This document shows, one piece after another, positions 48,005 through 58,573 of a stretch of 64,000 nt of DNA. Each line of letters starts with the position of its first letter. The first letter of the stretch is position 1. A model generated the notes under the pieces. That model was not told the DNA's origin and ran no database searches. It worked only from the letters and a program-made list of their open reading frames with translations. The stretch covers positions 62,323-126,322 of the forward strand of contig CANNCO010000006.1 of the NCBI GenBank assembly GCA_947503175.1, in the 5' to 3' direction. Source of the stretch: an uncultured Rhodobacteraceae bacterium (lineage in GTDB: Bacteria; Pseudomonadota; Alphaproteobacteria; Rhodobacterales; Rhodobacteraceae). Made by a program: the position numbers and the translations under genes.

Positions 48005-48426
48005 CTTCTTCCTCCCATAGGATGATGGTCGTTTTTTGCCCGCCGGGTTCCCGGTTCTCTTTCTTGAAAAGGGCGGCAATCTTGCCAAACCGCCCTTTCT
48101 TGGACGCTGCAATGTAGCGGCGATTTGCCACCCTTCAACGTATTTCAGATCGGGATGGGCCGTCGGACGGCCTGCTCCGGGGCCGCTTTCATGACCCGTC
48201 GCTGGACAGGACGACGCGGGATCCCTTACACGCAAGGCGCAACGCGTTTCGGTGCACTAAAGTATGCAAAAACAAAAGAAATTTGCGAAAATAGGACTAG
48301 GAGCCCATCCGGCGGGATTCAGCCCCGAAATGACCGCCAAACACAGCGAATCACTTGCTCGAATCGGCTGAGATTCGTCCGGATATCCGACGTCGCAATC
48401 CGCGCGCTTCGAGTTCAAATCTGCTC

Positions 48427-49314
48427 CTACGGGCCGACGAGCCGACGCAGCGCCTCCGCCGCGGGCAATCCGTGCGGCCGCAGGGGTGTCGCCAGACAGA
48501 TCGCGCGTCGCAGTTCCGGGTCGACCAACCGCAGCGCGACCGTGCCGCGAAACGCGCCCATGGCCTCGGTCAGGACTGCGGGCACGACCGTCGCCGCCAG
48601 ACCCTCCTGCGCCATAATGATCGACGCGACGAACCCGTTCGTCTCCGCAACGACCTGAGGCACAGCACCGACCTCACGGAACATCCGGTCAAGAATACGC
48701 CGGTTCTGCATCCCCGGCTCCAGAAGCGTCATCGGAATTTCCGCCGCGTCGGCCCATGAGATCTCTGACCGGTCTTTCGGCATCATCGACCGGGGTACGA
48801 CAAGCACGTAATCCTCGTCGTAAAGGTGCTGAAGCCGAACCATGTCCTCTGAAAGACTGTCATCATAAGTGATCCCGGCATCCAGTGTTCCGGCATCAAG
48901 CCCTTGCTGGATCGCGATGGACGAGGTCGAGGATATGTTGGTCACGATGCCCGGATGTGCGTTGTAAAGCCGGGTACAAAGCTGGGCAGCAAAGGCCAGC
49001 GCCGTCGGGATCACACCGATCGTCAGGTTGCCGCTGATCGTACCGTCAGCAGAGCCAAGCTCCTGTTCCAGCGCTTTTACGTCTTCCAGAATTTCGCGCG
49101 CCCGCCGCAACAGAAACTCGCCCTGTTCGGTAAATCCCAGAAACCGGTTCCCGCGCCGGACAATCGACCGGCCGATCTTGTCTTCAAGGTTGCGGATCCG
49201 CATCGAGAAGGCAGGTTGCGAGATCTGACAGGCTTCTGCCGCCTTCGCGAAATGCTGATGCCGGGCCAAAGCGACCAACAACTCCATCTCGCGCAATTCA
49301 AGGTGCTGACGCAT
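48427..49314 (-). CDS. LysR family transcriptional regulator
   Basis: LARHQHFAKAAEACQISQPAFSMRIRNLE; start 49314. Confidence 0.92.
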   Translation of the reverse strand: MRQHLELREMELLVALARHQHFAKAAEACQISQPAFSMRIRNLEDKIGRSIVRRGNRFLGFTEQGEFLLRRAREILEDVKALEQELGSADGTISGNLTIGVIPTALAFAAQLCTRLYNAHPGIVTNISSTSSIAIQQGLDAGTLDAGITYDDSLSEDMVRLQHLYDEDYVLVVPRSMMPKDRSEISWADAAEIPMTLLEPGMQNRRILDRMFREVGAVPQVVAETNGFVASIIMAQEGLAATVVPAVLTEAMGAFRGTVALRLVDPELRRAICLATPLRPHGLPAAEALRRLVGP

Positions 49315-49418
49315 CCCGCTCCCCTGCCTATCGCCCCCGCCCTCAAACCCCCGGGTGGCCAAGCGAAGGCCTATATGATTAATCCGGTGACGTCCTGCAA
49401 ACAATGCGCGAGCCTGCC

Positions 49419-50402
49419 ATGACCCAGACCGAGATGACCGTCATCGAAATGCGTGAACCCGGCGGGCCCGAGGTTCTGGAAACCGGAACGCGACCCGTGC
49501 CGGAACCCCGCGAGGGCGAAGTGCTGATCAAGGTCACCGCGGCCGGGATCAACGGCCCGGATCTGGTGCAGCGACGCGGCCATTATCCACCGCCCGAAGG
49601 CGCGTCAGACCTTCTGGGGCTCGAAGTGTCCGGCGAGGTCGTCGGGATCGGCAGCGGCCAGAGCCCCTGGAAACTCGGCGACCGCGTCTGCGCCCTGACG
49701 AACGGCGGCGGCTATGCGGAATACGTGGCGGTCGATGCGCGCCATTGCCTGCCGATCCCCGATGGTGTGAGCGAACAGGACGCTGCGGGTCTGCCCGAGA
49801 CGTTCTTTACCGTCTGGAGCAATGTCTTTCACAGCCATGCCGTTCCGGCGGGGTCGAATTTCCTTGTCCATGGCGGCGCGGGCGGTATCGGATCGACGGC
49901 GATCCAGATCGGGGCGGCGCTGGGCCTGAACGTCCTGACCACCGCCGGTAGCGACGAAGACTGCGCCTTCTGCCGCGATATAGGCGCGGCAACCGCGATC
50001 AATTTCCAGATCGCGGATTTCGTCGAGGTCACTCGCGCCGCGGGCGGCGCCGATATCGTGCTCGACATCATCGGCGGCGATTATTTCGCCCGAAACATCA
50101 AGGCCTGCCGCCATGACGCACGGATCATCCAGCTTGCCTTCAACGGCGGTAGCAAGGTCGAGGTCAACCTGATGCCGATCATGCTGAAACGGCTCAGCTA
50201 TACCGGCTCCACCCTTCGCACCCGCCCCGACACGTTCAAGGCTGAGATTGCCGGAGAACTGACATCGCAGGTCTGGCCGTTCTTCGCAGACGGCACGATC
50301 CGGACACTGACCCATACCGTCCTGCCGCTTGCAGACGCAGCCGAAGGGCACCGCATGATGGAAGCCGCCCGGCATCGAGGAAAAATCCTGCTAAGCGTCT
50401 GA
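49419..50402 (+). CDS. NAD(P)H:quinone oxidoreductase, PIG3/MDR family
   Basis: AGINGPDLVQR.G.YP, LGLEVSG, GLPETFFTVW, HGGAGGIG, GKILL. Confidence 0.92.
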   Translation: MTQTEMTVIEMREPGGPEVLETGTRPVPEPREGEVLIKVTAAGINGPDLVQRRGHYPPPEGASDLLGLEVSGEVVGIGSGQSPWKLGDRVCALTNGGGYAEYVAVDARHCLPIPDGVSEQDAAGLPETFFTVWSNVFHSHAVPAGSNFLVHGGAGGIGSTAIQIGAALGLNVLTTAGSDEDCAFCRDIGAATAINFQIADFVEVTRAAGGADIVLDIIGGDYFARNIKACRHDARIIQLAFNGGSKVEVNLMPIMLKRLSYTGSTLRTRPDTFKAEIAGELTSQVWPFFADGTIRTLTHTVLPLADAAEGHRMMEAARHRGKILLSV

Positions 50403-50408
50403 ACTGGC

Positions 50409-51215
50409 TCAGATAACCACGTCCGAGCGGCGATTGTTGATTTCGCGCAGAACGCTATAGACCGTAGCCACGGATGTCCGCGCATTGCCAGACGAGGCGG
50501 CGTTTTCGATGGTCATCGAATAGCGTGCAAGCGGGCTTTCCACGCTGTAGCTGTGGCTGTTACCGGGGGCTGCGGGATCGGCGACAAGTTCCACCGACGT
50601 ATCCTCGAACCCCGCCCCGGCCAGCGCTAGCGTCGCCGCGACATTGGCGTTCTTGGGATAGGCCATCGCCGCCTCGCGCGCCGTGCCGCGAAAGAACACC
50701 GAAGGTTCCGTCAGCGATACCAGATCGAGCAGCGTCTCCGCCTGCGTGCCCTTCCACGCCATGGGGGGTTTGACGCCCCGGTATGTCACCTTCAGATCGC
50801 CTCCCGCCGCAAGCGAGGCCAGAATATCGATCCCGCCGATAGCTCCTGCCGGCAGGATCAGCTGCGCCTTGCCGACCGCCGCGCGATGTAACGCGGCATC
50901 GGTTGCCTCATCCGCCATTGCCCCGATGGAGGCCAGGATAACGTCAATGCCCGCGGCCAGGATCCCCGGCACATCCGCCGAGACGACCGCATGGCCCGCA
51001 CACTCCACCACAAGATCCGGCTGCGCGGCGATCAGATCGACCGCCGTCCCGACGATTTCGATTGTCGGCGCCGCTGGGCAGGCCGCCAGTTCCGCCTTGA
51101 CCTGGCCTACCTTCTCCGGACGCACTAGAACGCACAACGCATCGACCGGCCGCGCCCCCAACAACCCGATCAGTGTCCGCCCGATATTGCCGTATCCGAT
51201 GATCCCAAGCCGCAT
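50409..51215 (-). CDS. nadX: L-aspartate dehydrogenase
   Basis: GIIGYGNIG, VECAGH, GAIGGID, YPKNANVAA. Confidence 0.88.
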   Translation of the reverse strand: MRLGIIGYGNIGRTLIGLLGARPVDALCVLVRPEKVGQVKAELAACPAAPTIEIVGTAVDLIAAQPDLVVECAGHAVVSADVPGILAAGIDVILASIGAMADEATDAALHRAAVGKAQLILPAGAIGGIDILASLAAGGDLKVTYRGVKPPMAWKGTQAETLLDLVSLTEPSVFFRGTAREAAMAYPKNANVAATLALAGAGFEDTSVELVADPAAPGNSHSYSVESPLARYSMTIENAASSGNARTSVATVYSVLREINNRRSDVVI

Positions 51216-51288
51216 GTCCGTTCACTCCACTCTCATCCGCCCGAAACCCATTCTGGACGCATTGCCCGGCCTGCGCTACAGGAAGAGA

Positions 51289-51426
51289 ATGGAAAAAAAG
51301 ACCCCGAAAGCCGGGCGCGACAAAGCCGGGACCAGCCGTGACGACCGGCTGAAAGCGGCGCTGAAGGCCAATCTTCAGCGCCGGAAGGCACAGGCACGCG
51401 CGCGGAAAACGACGGGGAAAAGCTGA
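51289..51426 (+). CDS. Small basic protein (45 aa) upstream of murA
   Basis: R.DRLKAALKANLQRRKAQARAR pattern that I recall upstream of murA in alphaproteobacteria; GGAAG RBS-like sequence. Confidence 0.65.
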   Translation: MEKKTPKAGRDKAGTSRDDRLKAALKANLQRRKAQARARKTTGKS

Positions 51427-51435
51427 GGCAGGCAG

Positions 51436-52704
51436 ATGGATTCAATTCTTGTAACAGGCGGGGCAGAGCTTCGCGGCGATATTCCCATTGCGGGGGCGAA
51501 GAATGCGTGTCTGACGCTGATGCCCGCAACACTCCTGACCGACGGACCGCTGACGCTCACGAACGCGCCGCGGCTCTCGGACATCCAGACGATGACGGTT
51601 CTCCTGCAGTCGCTGGGGGCAGAGGTGCAGGCATTGCAGGACGGGCGCGTCCTGGCGCTGTCCAGCCACGCGCTGACAAGCCAGCGGGCCGAATATGACA
51701 TCGTGCGGAAGATGCGCGCATCGATCCTTGTCCTCGGGCCGCTTCTCGCGCGCTACGGTCAGGCCGAGGTGTCCTTGCCCGGCGGCTGCGCGATTGGTGC
51801 ACGCCCCGTCGATCTGCATCTGAACGGACTCGAGGCACTTGGCGCCAAGCTCGACCTGCGCGACGGCTACGTGCACGCATCTGCACCCAAGGGGCTGAAG
51901 GGCGGAACCATCGAATTTCCTTTCGTCTCGGTCGGAGCGACCGAAAACGTCCTGATGGCGGCGACGCTGGCGAAGGGAACGACCGTCCTGAAAAACGCCG
52001 CGCGCGAACCGGAAATCGTCGATCTGGCCCGATGCCTGCGCGCGATGGGCGCACAGATCGAGGGCGAAGGCACTGCGACGATCACCGTCGAAGGGGTCGA
52101 TACGCTGAACGGCGCGACCCATCAGGTCGTGACCGACCGGATCGAACTGGGCACCTATATGCTGGCCCCCGCGATATGCGGCGGTCAGGTCGAATGCCTT
52201 GGCGGCAAGCGCGCGCTTCTGGAGGTTTTCTGCGACAAGCTGGAAGAGGCCGGCATCTCCATCGAAGAAACGCCACGCGGCCTCAAGGTTGCGCGCAAGA
52301 ATGGGCGGATCAATGCGGTGGACGTTGAAACGGCACCGTTCCCCGGCTTTCCGACCGATCTTCAGGCCCAGATGATGGCGCTACTCTGCACCGCGAACGG
52401 GAAAAGCACGCTGCATGAGAACATCTTCGAAAACCGCTTCATGCACGCGCCCGAACTGATGCGGATGGGAGCCGAGATCGACGTGCATGGCGGCACCGCC
52501 ACGGTGACGGGCGTCGAACGCCTGCGCGGCGCGCCCGTGATGGCCACCGATCTCCGGGCTTCGGTCTCGCTCATTCTCGCGGGGCTCGCGGCAGAGGGGG
52601 AGACCATGGTAAACCGTGTCTATCATCTCGACAGGGGGTACGAGCGGGTGGAAGAGAAACTGTCGGCCTGCGGGGCGAGTATCGAGCGGGTACAAGGCTC
52701 GTGA
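51436..52704 (+). CDS. murA: UDP-N-acetylglucosamine 1-carboxyvinyltransferase
   Basis: [44 protein letters not shown]. Confidence 0.98.
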   Translation: MDSILVTGGAELRGDIPIAGAKNACLTLMPATLLTDGPLTLTNAPRLSDIQTMTVLLQSLGAEVQALQDGRVLALSSHALTSQRAEYDIVRKMRASILVLGPLLARYGQAEVSLPGGCAIGARPVDLHLNGLEALGAKLDLRDGYVHASAPKGLKGGTIEFPFVSVGATENVLMAATLAKGTTVLKNAAREPEIVDLARCLRAMGAQIEGEGTATITVEGVDTLNGATHQVVTDRIELGTYMLAPAICGGQVECLGGKRALLEVFCDKLEEAGISIEETPRGLKVARKNGRINAVDVETAPFPGFPTDLQAQMMALLCTANGKSTLHENIFENRFMHAPELMRMGAEIDVHGGTATVTGVERLRGAPVMATDLRASVSLILAGLAAEGETMVNRVYHLDRGYERVEEKLSACGASIERVQGS

Positions 52705-53180
52705 CGAATGATGCTCGGTTCGAAGACGGCGAAGAAGAACCGCTTCGCCTGAAGGCGCTGGATGCCGATGATCTGGCGATCCTGTCCGCCGCGGTGCAGG
52801 ATTCGGTCTTTCCCATTGGGGAAATGCGCTGGCAAAAGCCGTGGCGCCGGTTCGCCCTGCTCCTGAACAGGTTCCGTTGGGAAGACGCAGATGCCGCGAA
52901 AAGCACCGGCCGTCCGGTGGAACGTGTGCAAAGCGTCCTTGCCATCGAAGACGTCCAGAATGTCGTGAGCCAGGGCATCGACCGGTCGGACAGTGATATG
53001 GTCCTCTCTCTCCTGTCCGTCACCTTCGAGCCGGGCGAGGACGGCATGGGCCGTGTCCTTCTGACGCTCGCGGGCGACGGTGCAATAGGCGTGGATGTCG
53101 AAGCGCTCGAGGTCACGCTCAGGGACGTAACCCGGCCCTATCGCGCGGTATCGGGCAAAGTGCCCGAACATGGCGACTAA
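52701..53180 (+). CDS. DUF2948 family protein
   Basis: [23 protein letters not shown]; conserved position between murA and hisD. Confidence 0.85.
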   Translation: MTNDARFEDGEEEPLRLKALDADDLAILSAAVQDSVFPIGEMRWQKPWRRFALLLNRFRWEDADAAKSTGRPVERVQSVLAIEDVQNVVSQGIDRSDSDMVLSLLSVTFEPGEDGMGRVLLTLAGDGAIGVDVEALEVTLRDVTRPYRAVSGKVPEHGD

Positions 53181-53676
53181 CCGGGTCATCCGGCGTCTGC
53201 GCGGGGCGAAGGACGTGCCCCTGTTTCGGGAGATTCGATTTGAGGGTCTCAGGACCAATCCCGAAGCCTTTGCCAGCACGGCGCAGGATTGGGAGCGGCT
53301 GAGCGACGCCGAATGGCTGGCGCGCCTCGACACCCCGGTATTCGCAGCCCTGGCCGGGGATCGCCCGATCGGCCTGATGGGCTATCTCCCGGAACGCGCA
53401 AGCAAGATGTCCCACCGTGCGTCTCTGGTCATGGTGTTCATAACCCCAGCCCTTCGCCGAACGGGCGTGGCCGCCGACCTCTTGTCCCATGCCTGCGATG
53501 CGGCCCGCGCCGATGGCATCGACCAGATGGAACTGGCCGTCGCGGTCGACAATGCCGCCGCCATCCGATTCTACCGGCGGGCGGGGTTCGAAACCGTCGG
53601 CACGATCCCGCGAGGGTTTCGCCATGAAGGCGGGGACATCGACGAGCTTTTGATGGTGCGGCGGCTCGACGCTTGA
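53170..53676 (+). CDS. GNAT family N-acetyltransferase
   Basis: VFITPALRRTGVA motif A, NAAAIRFYRRAGF motif B. Confidence 0.9.
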   Translation: MATNRVIRRLRGAKDVPLFREIRFEGLRTNPEAFASTAQDWERLSDAEWLARLDTPVFAALAGDRPIGLMGYLPERASKMSHRASLVMVFITPALRRTGVAADLLSHACDAARADGIDQMELAVAVDNAAAIRFYRRAGFETVGTIPRGFRHEGGDIDELLMVRRLDA

Positions 53677-53720
53677 GGCTACCGCCCCCCACGGCTATGT
53701 CCTGCGGCGGGAGTTCAGAC

Positions 53721-55031
53721 ATGCCGCAGACGCTATCCATCAAAGACGACGATTTCGACGCCCGGTTCACGGCAATCCTGTCGATGAAGCGCGAGGATGC
53801 CCTGGATGTGGGCGAAACGGTCGCCAGGATCATCGCGGATGTGCGCGCGCGGGGCGACGCGGCGGTGATCGAACTGACCGAACGGTTCGACCGGCTCGCC
53901 CTTACGCCGGAAACCCTCGCATTCTCCCGGGATGAAATCGATGCAGCCTGCGCCGCCGTACCGGCCGCGGAACGCGCGGCACTGGAACTCGCCGCAACCC
54001 GCATCCGGGCCTATCACGAGCGGCAAAAGCCGCAGGACGACCGCTGGACCGACGAAACAGGCGCAATCCTCGGCTGGCGCTGGACGCCGGTATCGGCGGC
54101 GGGCCTCTATGTGCCCGGCGGCCTCGCCTCCTACCCCTCATCCGTTCTAATGAACGCCATCCCGGCGGCGGTGGCCGGGGTCGAGGATCTGGTGATATCT
54201 GCGCCCACACCCGACGGGGTGGCCAATCCGCTGGTCTTGCTGGCGGCCCGTCTATCGGGCGTCAGGACAGTCTACCGGATTGGTGGGGCGCAGGCGATTG
54301 CGGCGATGGCCTATGGGACCGAGACGATCACGGCGGTCGACAAGATCACCGGCCCCGGCAACGCCTATGTCGCCGCCGCGAAACGTCAGGTCTTCGGTCA
54401 GGTCGGCATAGACATGATCGCCGGTCCGTCCGAAATCCTCGTGATCGCCGATGCGGATAACGACCCCGACTGGATCGCGGTCGACCTGCTCAGTCAGGCC
54501 GAACATGACGAAAGCGCACAATCCATCCTGATCACCACCGATGCCGGGTTTGCAACGGCAGTCGCCGACGCGGTCGACAAACGGCTCGAAACGCTGGAAC
54601 GGGCCAGGATCGCCGGCGCAAGCTGGCGCGATTTCGGCGTGATCATCGTGACCGACACGCTGGAAAAGGCAGCGCAGCTATCCAACCGGATCGCCCCCGA
54701 ACATCTCGAGCTTTGCGTCGAAGACCCCGAGGCGCTTCTGACCCGCATCCACCATGCGGGCGCGGTGTTTCTGGGCCGCTGGACGCCCGAGGCCATCGGC
54801 GACTATATCGGCGGCCCGAACCATGTCCTGCCGACCGCGCGTTCCGCCCGGTTCTCCTCGGGCCTGTCGGTGCTGGATTTCATGAAACGCACGACCATCG
54901 CACAGATGACGCCGGGCGCCCTGGCCGCCATCGGGCCAGCCGCCGAAACACTGGCCCGGTCGGAAAGCCTCGAAGCACATGGGCTTTCGATCAGGGCGCG
55001 CTTGAACAAGTTGAATGAGGCTACGGAATGA
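53721..55031 (+). CDS. hisD: Histidinol dehydrogenase
   Basis: GLYVPGG, IDMIAGPSE, SQAEHD, APEHLE, GPNHVLPT. Confidence 0.97.
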   Translation: MPQTLSIKDDDFDARFTAILSMKREDALDVGETVARIIADVRARGDAAVIELTERFDRLALTPETLAFSRDEIDAACAAVPAAERAALELAATRIRAYHERQKPQDDRWTDETGAILGWRWTPVSAAGLYVPGGLASYPSSVLMNAIPAAVAGVEDLVISAPTPDGVANPLVLLAARLSGVRTVYRIGGAQAIAAMAYGTETITAVDKITGPGNAYVAAAKRQVFGQVGIDMIAGPSEILVIADADNDPDWIAVDLLSQAEHDESAQSILITTDAGFATAVADAVDKRLETLERARIAGASWRDFGVIIVTDTLEKAAQLSNRIAPEHLELCVEDPEALLTRIHHAGAVFLGRWTPEAIGDYIGGPNHVLPTARSARFSSGLSVLDFMKRTTIAQMTPGALAAIGPAAETLARSESLEAHGLSIRARLNKLNEATE

Positions 55032-55510
55032 CCGGACGCATCTGTCACATCGATATCGACGACGCAGGGCTTCCGACGCCCACGCATGAGATCGAACAGG
55101 AACGGAAGGTCGCGATCTTCGACCTTCTGGAAGAGAACAGCTTTGCCCTTCCTCCCCGCGATGGCCGGGCGGCACCCGATGGTCCCTACCGGCTGCATCT
55201 GGCAATCCGGAACAAACGGCTTGTATTCGAGGTTGCGACCGAAGACGAACGGCCCGCCGGAGAGTTCCACCTGTCCCTCGGGCCCTTCCGTCAGGTCGTC
55301 AAAGACTACTTCCAGATCTGCGAAAGCTATTTCGACGCCGTCAAGAAACTCCCCCCCAGCCAGATCGAAACCATCGACATGGCCCGGCGCGGTATCCACA
55401 ACGAAGGCGCGCGCGTCCTGCAAGAACGGCTTGAGGGCAAGGCGGAAGTCGATACCGATACGGCACGGCGCCTTTTCACACTCATCTGCGTCCTGCATTT
55501 CGGGGGCTGA
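55028..55510 (+). CDS. UPF0262 family protein
   Basis: EQERKVAIFDLLEEN, IETIDMARRGIHNEG, RRLFTLICVL. Confidence 0.88.
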   Translation: MTGRICHIDIDDAGLPTPTHEIEQERKVAIFDLLEENSFALPPRDGRAAPDGPYRLHLAIRNKRLVFEVATEDERPAGEFHLSLGPFRQVVKDYFQICESYFDAVKKLPPSQIETIDMARRGIHNEGARVLQERLEGKAEVDTDTARRLFTLICVLHFGG

Positions 55511-55511
55511 C

Positions 55512-55982
55512 TTGGCGGGTCCGCTTCCAAACTCGGTCCTGTTTTGTTGCGATCACAACGCGGTGCGCTCCCCCATGGCCGAGGGTCTGATGAAGCGGTT
55601 TCACGGGCACGAGACCTATGTGCAGTCAGCCGGGGTCAAGGCAGACATGGAAATCGACGGCTTCTCGATTGCCGTCTGCGCCGAGATGGGGATCGAACTT
55701 TCGCGCCATAGGTCGCGATCCTTCGACGAGATGCAGGAATGGGGCGATGACCTGTCGAGTTTCGAACTGATCGTCGCCCTGTCACCGGCGGCCCAGCGCA
55801 AGGCACTGGAATTCACGCGCTACCACCATATCGACGTCGTCTACTGGCCCATTCTGGACCCGACGGGACTGGGGGAGACGCGCGAGGCAAAACTCGCCAG
55901 CTACAGGCAGGCGCGCGACCAGATCATCGAACGCATGATCAACGCCTGGGGGCCGCCGAAGGATCCTCTGCCCGAGACCTGA
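55512..55982 (+). CDS. Low-molecular-weight phosphatase/arsenate reductase family protein
   Basis: CDHNAVRS (CX5RS) P-loop, SAGV, DP motif; TTG start at 55512 (the ORF-track start at 55086 is a shadow extension). Confidence 0.88.
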   Translation: MAGPLPNSVLFCCDHNAVRSPMAEGLMKRFHGHETYVQSAGVKADMEIDGFSIAVCAEMGIELSRHRSRSFDEMQEWGDDLSSFELIVALSPAAQRKALEFTRYHHIDVVYWPILDPTGLGETREAKLASYRQARDQIIERMINAWGPPKDPLPET

Positions 55983-56136
55983 ACCGCCACCCAAGGCTCT
56001 GCCGGTTTCCGCAACGCCAAACCGTTTCAGAAGCGGCGGCACCCTCCGCATAACACAGATTTAACTTGAAAATCCGTGAACACGCGCTCATTTAGGGATC
56101 GTCCGCAAAAAGCGGGCGACGCAATGAGGAGAAAAC

Positions 56137-56355
56137 ATGGCCAAGGAAGAACTGCTCGAATTCCCCGGTGTCGTGAAGGAACTCCTGCCTAATGCGACAT
56201 TCAGGGTCGAGCTGGAAAACGGCCATGAAGTCTTTGCGCATATGGCGGGCAAGATGCGAAAGAACCGGATCCGCGTCCTTGCAGGCGACAAGGTACAGGT
56301 CGCGATGACGCCCTACGACCTGACGAAGGGCCGGATCAATTACCGCTTCAAGTAA
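56137..56355 (+). CDS. infA: Translation initiation factor IF-1
   Basis: [25 protein letters not shown]...[14 protein letters not shown]. Confidence 0.98.
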   Translation: MAKEELLEFPGVVKELLPNATFRVELENGHEVFAHMAGKMRKNRIRVLAGDKVQVAMTPYDLTKGRINYRFK

Positions 56356-56961
56356 GTGACGACCGCGACCGACACGGGCAACAGACCCGGACTCGTCCTT
56401 GGCTCCGGCAGCCCAAGGCGGCTGGAACTGCTTGAACAGATCGGAATAGTTCCCGACCGCGTTGTTGCGGCGGATATCGATGAAACACCTTTGTCAGGCG
56501 AAGATCCGCGGGGCTACTGCCGCCGGATCACAAAAGCAAAGTCCGACGCGATCCGGATCGAGCCCGGCGAGGTCTTGTTGACCGCCGACACCACAGTGGC
56601 GGTCGGACGACGGATACTTGGAAAACCCGCCGACGCTGCCGAGGCGCGCGCGTTCTTGACACTTTTGTCCGGGCGGCGGCACCGCGTCATCACCGCGATG
56701 ACGCTGCGCACCGGGTCGCGGGTCACGACGCGGGACCAGATCACCACGGTTCGTATGAAACGGCTGACCGAAGACGAAATCAGACGGTATCTCGACAGCG
56801 GTGAATGGCAGGGCAAGGCTGGCGGCTACGGCATTCAGGGGCTGGCTTCGACCTTTATCCCATGGATTTCCGGCTCTTACTCGGGGGTGATGGGTCTTCC
56901 CTTGGCAGAGGCCGGCACGCTTCTGGGCTCCGTCGGAATCCTCGGGACGGGAGCGCAATGA
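56356..56961 (+). CDS. maf: Maf family nucleotide pyrophosphatase
   Basis: [33 protein letters not shown]. Confidence 0.95.
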   Translation: MTTATDTGNRPGLVLGSGSPRRLELLEQIGIVPDRVVAADIDETPLSGEDPRGYCRRITKAKSDAIRIEPGEVLLTADTTVAVGRRILGKPADAAEARAFLTLLSGRRHRVITAMTLRTGSRVTTRDQITTVRMKRLTEDEIRRYLDSGEWQGKAGGYGIQGLASTFIPWISGSYSGVMGLPLAEAGTLLGSVGILGTGAQ

Positions 56962-58076
56962 AGGGCCGCGTCATCGCAATCGACGATGGTGGCCGAAGGG
57001 CGGCCCTTGTCGTCGACGGTCGGCTCGAAGACCTGATAATCGCACCGTCGGGCAAGGATTCCGCCACCCTGCCAGGCACGATCCAGATGGCCCGGGTCAC
57101 CCGCGTCCTGCCCAACGGTCGCGGTGCGTTCTGCACGACCGATGCCGGAACCGAAGGGTACCTGCGCGACGCCAAGTCGCTGAAGCAGGGCATGCGGATC
57201 AAGGTCCAGATCGTCAGCCTCGCCGGTGCGGGGAAAGCCGTGCCGATGACGACGCGCGTTCTCTACAAGGGTCCGCGCCTGATCCTGACCCCGAACGCAC
57301 CAGGCATCAACGTCTCCCGCCGGATCGGCAACCTGGCGGAACGCGAACGTCTTGAGACCGTCGTGACGAAGGCGCTGGCCGGATCGGATGTCGATGAGGG
57401 AACCGCGGGAGTGATCATAAGGTCTGCCGCGCGGGGAGCCGAGGAACAGACACTTTCGTGCGAACTCTCAATTCATCTGCGCCGCGCCGGGCTGACTGGG
57501 GAACAGAACGACCTGCTCGCCGATCCGTTATCTGAAATGCTGCGGGACTGGCTGGACCCCCTGCCCGACGAGATTCTGTGTCACACCGATCTGGCCGGTT
57601 CCCTGGCCGAGATCGGCTCCGATAACGGCCCAACCCGTCTTTGGGGCGATGACAGGCTGCCCTCACTTCTGAAGCCGCATCCCGCCCCCTTCGAAGCTTC
57701 CGGCGCCGGCGATCAGATCCGCAAGCTGCAAAGCCCGATCGTGTCCTTCAGCGAAGGCTCCATGATCATCGAATCCACCAGCGCCTTCGTTGCCGTCGAT
57801 GTCAACACGGGCGCAGACTTCAGTTCCGCCGCCGGGCTGAAAGCCAACCTAGCGGCCATTCGCGATCTGCCCCGGCAACTTCGCCTGCGCGGTCTGGGCG
57901 GGCAGATCGTCATCGATTTCGCCCCGGTTCCAAAGGCCCAGCGCCGGACGATGGAAGAGGCGCTGAAAAAGGCGTTCCGCTCCGATCCCGTCGAGACGGC
58001 CCTGGTCGGCTGGACGAATATGGGCCTCTATGAAGCCCAACGAAAACGCGAACGCCTGCCCACCGGAGGGGCCTGA
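56958..58076 (+). CDS. Short ribonuclease E/G family protein
   Basis: S1-like N-terminus, [26 protein letters not shown]; ATGA overlap with maf. Confidence 0.88.
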   Translation: MKGRVIAIDDGGRRAALVVDGRLEDLIIAPSGKDSATLPGTIQMARVTRVLPNGRGAFCTTDAGTEGYLRDAKSLKQGMRIKVQIVSLAGAGKAVPMTTRVLYKGPRLILTPNAPGINVSRRIGNLAERERLETVVTKALAGSDVDEGTAGVIIRSAARGAEEQTLSCELSIHLRRAGLTGEQNDLLADPLSEMLRDWLDPLPDEILCHTDLAGSLAEIGSDNGPTRLWGDDRLPSLLKPHPAPFEASGAGDQIRKLQSPIVSFSEGSMIIESTSAFVAVDVNTGADFSSAAGLKANLAAIRDLPRQLRLRGLGGQIVIDFAPVPKAQRRTMEEALKKAFRSDPVETALVGWTNMGLYEAQRKRERLPTGGA

Positions 58077-58080
58077 CAAG

Positions 58081-58272
58081 ATGAACTGTCCGATCTGCCA
58101 GAAACCGCAGTCCAAGGCGTATCGCCCGTTCTGTTCAGGCCGCTGCGCCGACGTGGATCTGGGGCGCTGGATGTCGGGCAGCTATGCCATCCCGGACACC
58201 GACCTCCCGTCGGACGAAACACCACGCGGCACACCGGAAACGGATGCGCGCCATCCCCCGGAAAAGCCCTGA
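58081..58272 (+). CDS. yacG: DNA gyrase inhibitor YacG
   Basis: MNCPICQK....YRPFCSGRCADVDLGRW. Confidence 0.93.
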   Translation: MNCPICQKPQSKAYRPFCSGRCADVDLGRWMSGSYAIPDTDLPSDETPRGTPETDARHPPEKP

Positions 58273-58348
58273 GTTTTCCTCCCATAAACACTGGACAGCA
58301 CCCCGCACCGGGTCTAGAAGACGCTCCGACAGGTCCGCATGGTCCTGC

Positions 58349-58423
58349 GCCCGGGTAGCTCAGGGGTAGAGCAGTGGATTGAAAATCCTCGTGTCGGTGG
58401 TTCGATTCCGCCCCCGGGCACCA
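58349..58423 (+). tRNA. tRNA-Phe (GAA)
   Basis: Cloverleaf GCCCGGG...CCCGGGC-A-CCA, anticodon loop TTGAAAA, GTTCGATT T-loop, encoded CCA. Confidence 0.97.
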
Positions 58424-58489
58424 TTTTTCAAAATAATAACAGTACCTTGCTGGTATTCGCCGTTTCTAGGCGATGTGTGGATTTTGAGC

Positions 58490-58508
58490 TGGGTGCCGTA
58501 TGGGTGCC
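58490..58508 (+). repeat. TGGGTGCC-gta-TGGGTGCC direct repeat (putative integrase arm-type sites)
   Basis: 11-bp period, about 66 bp from the tRNA 3' end; flanked by a second repeat TTGCTGGTATT at 58447-58457 and 58512-58522. Confidence 0.55.
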
Positions 58509-58573
58509 ATGTTGCTGGTATTGCAAATTTCGGCTGTGCTTTCGAGGTATGCACAACTTGGTTCGAACTCAAA

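Noticed and set aside
48061-48145. TGGCA/TTGC elements suggesting a sigma-54 promoter for tctC
   Set aside because: GG-to-GC spacing does not match the -24/-12 requirement.
49419-50402. Possible acuI (acryloyl-CoA reductase) completing the DMSP set
   Set aside because: Motifs fit the PIG3-type quinone oxidoreductases rather than AcuI/YhdH, and it lies more than 40 kb from the dmd cluster.
58374-58390. U-U mismatch in the tRNA-Phe anticodon stem (GTGGA/TCCTC)
   Set aside because: The rest of the cloverleaf and CCA are intact, and I recall this variant in related bacteria. Not evidence of a damaged or integrase-altered tRNA.
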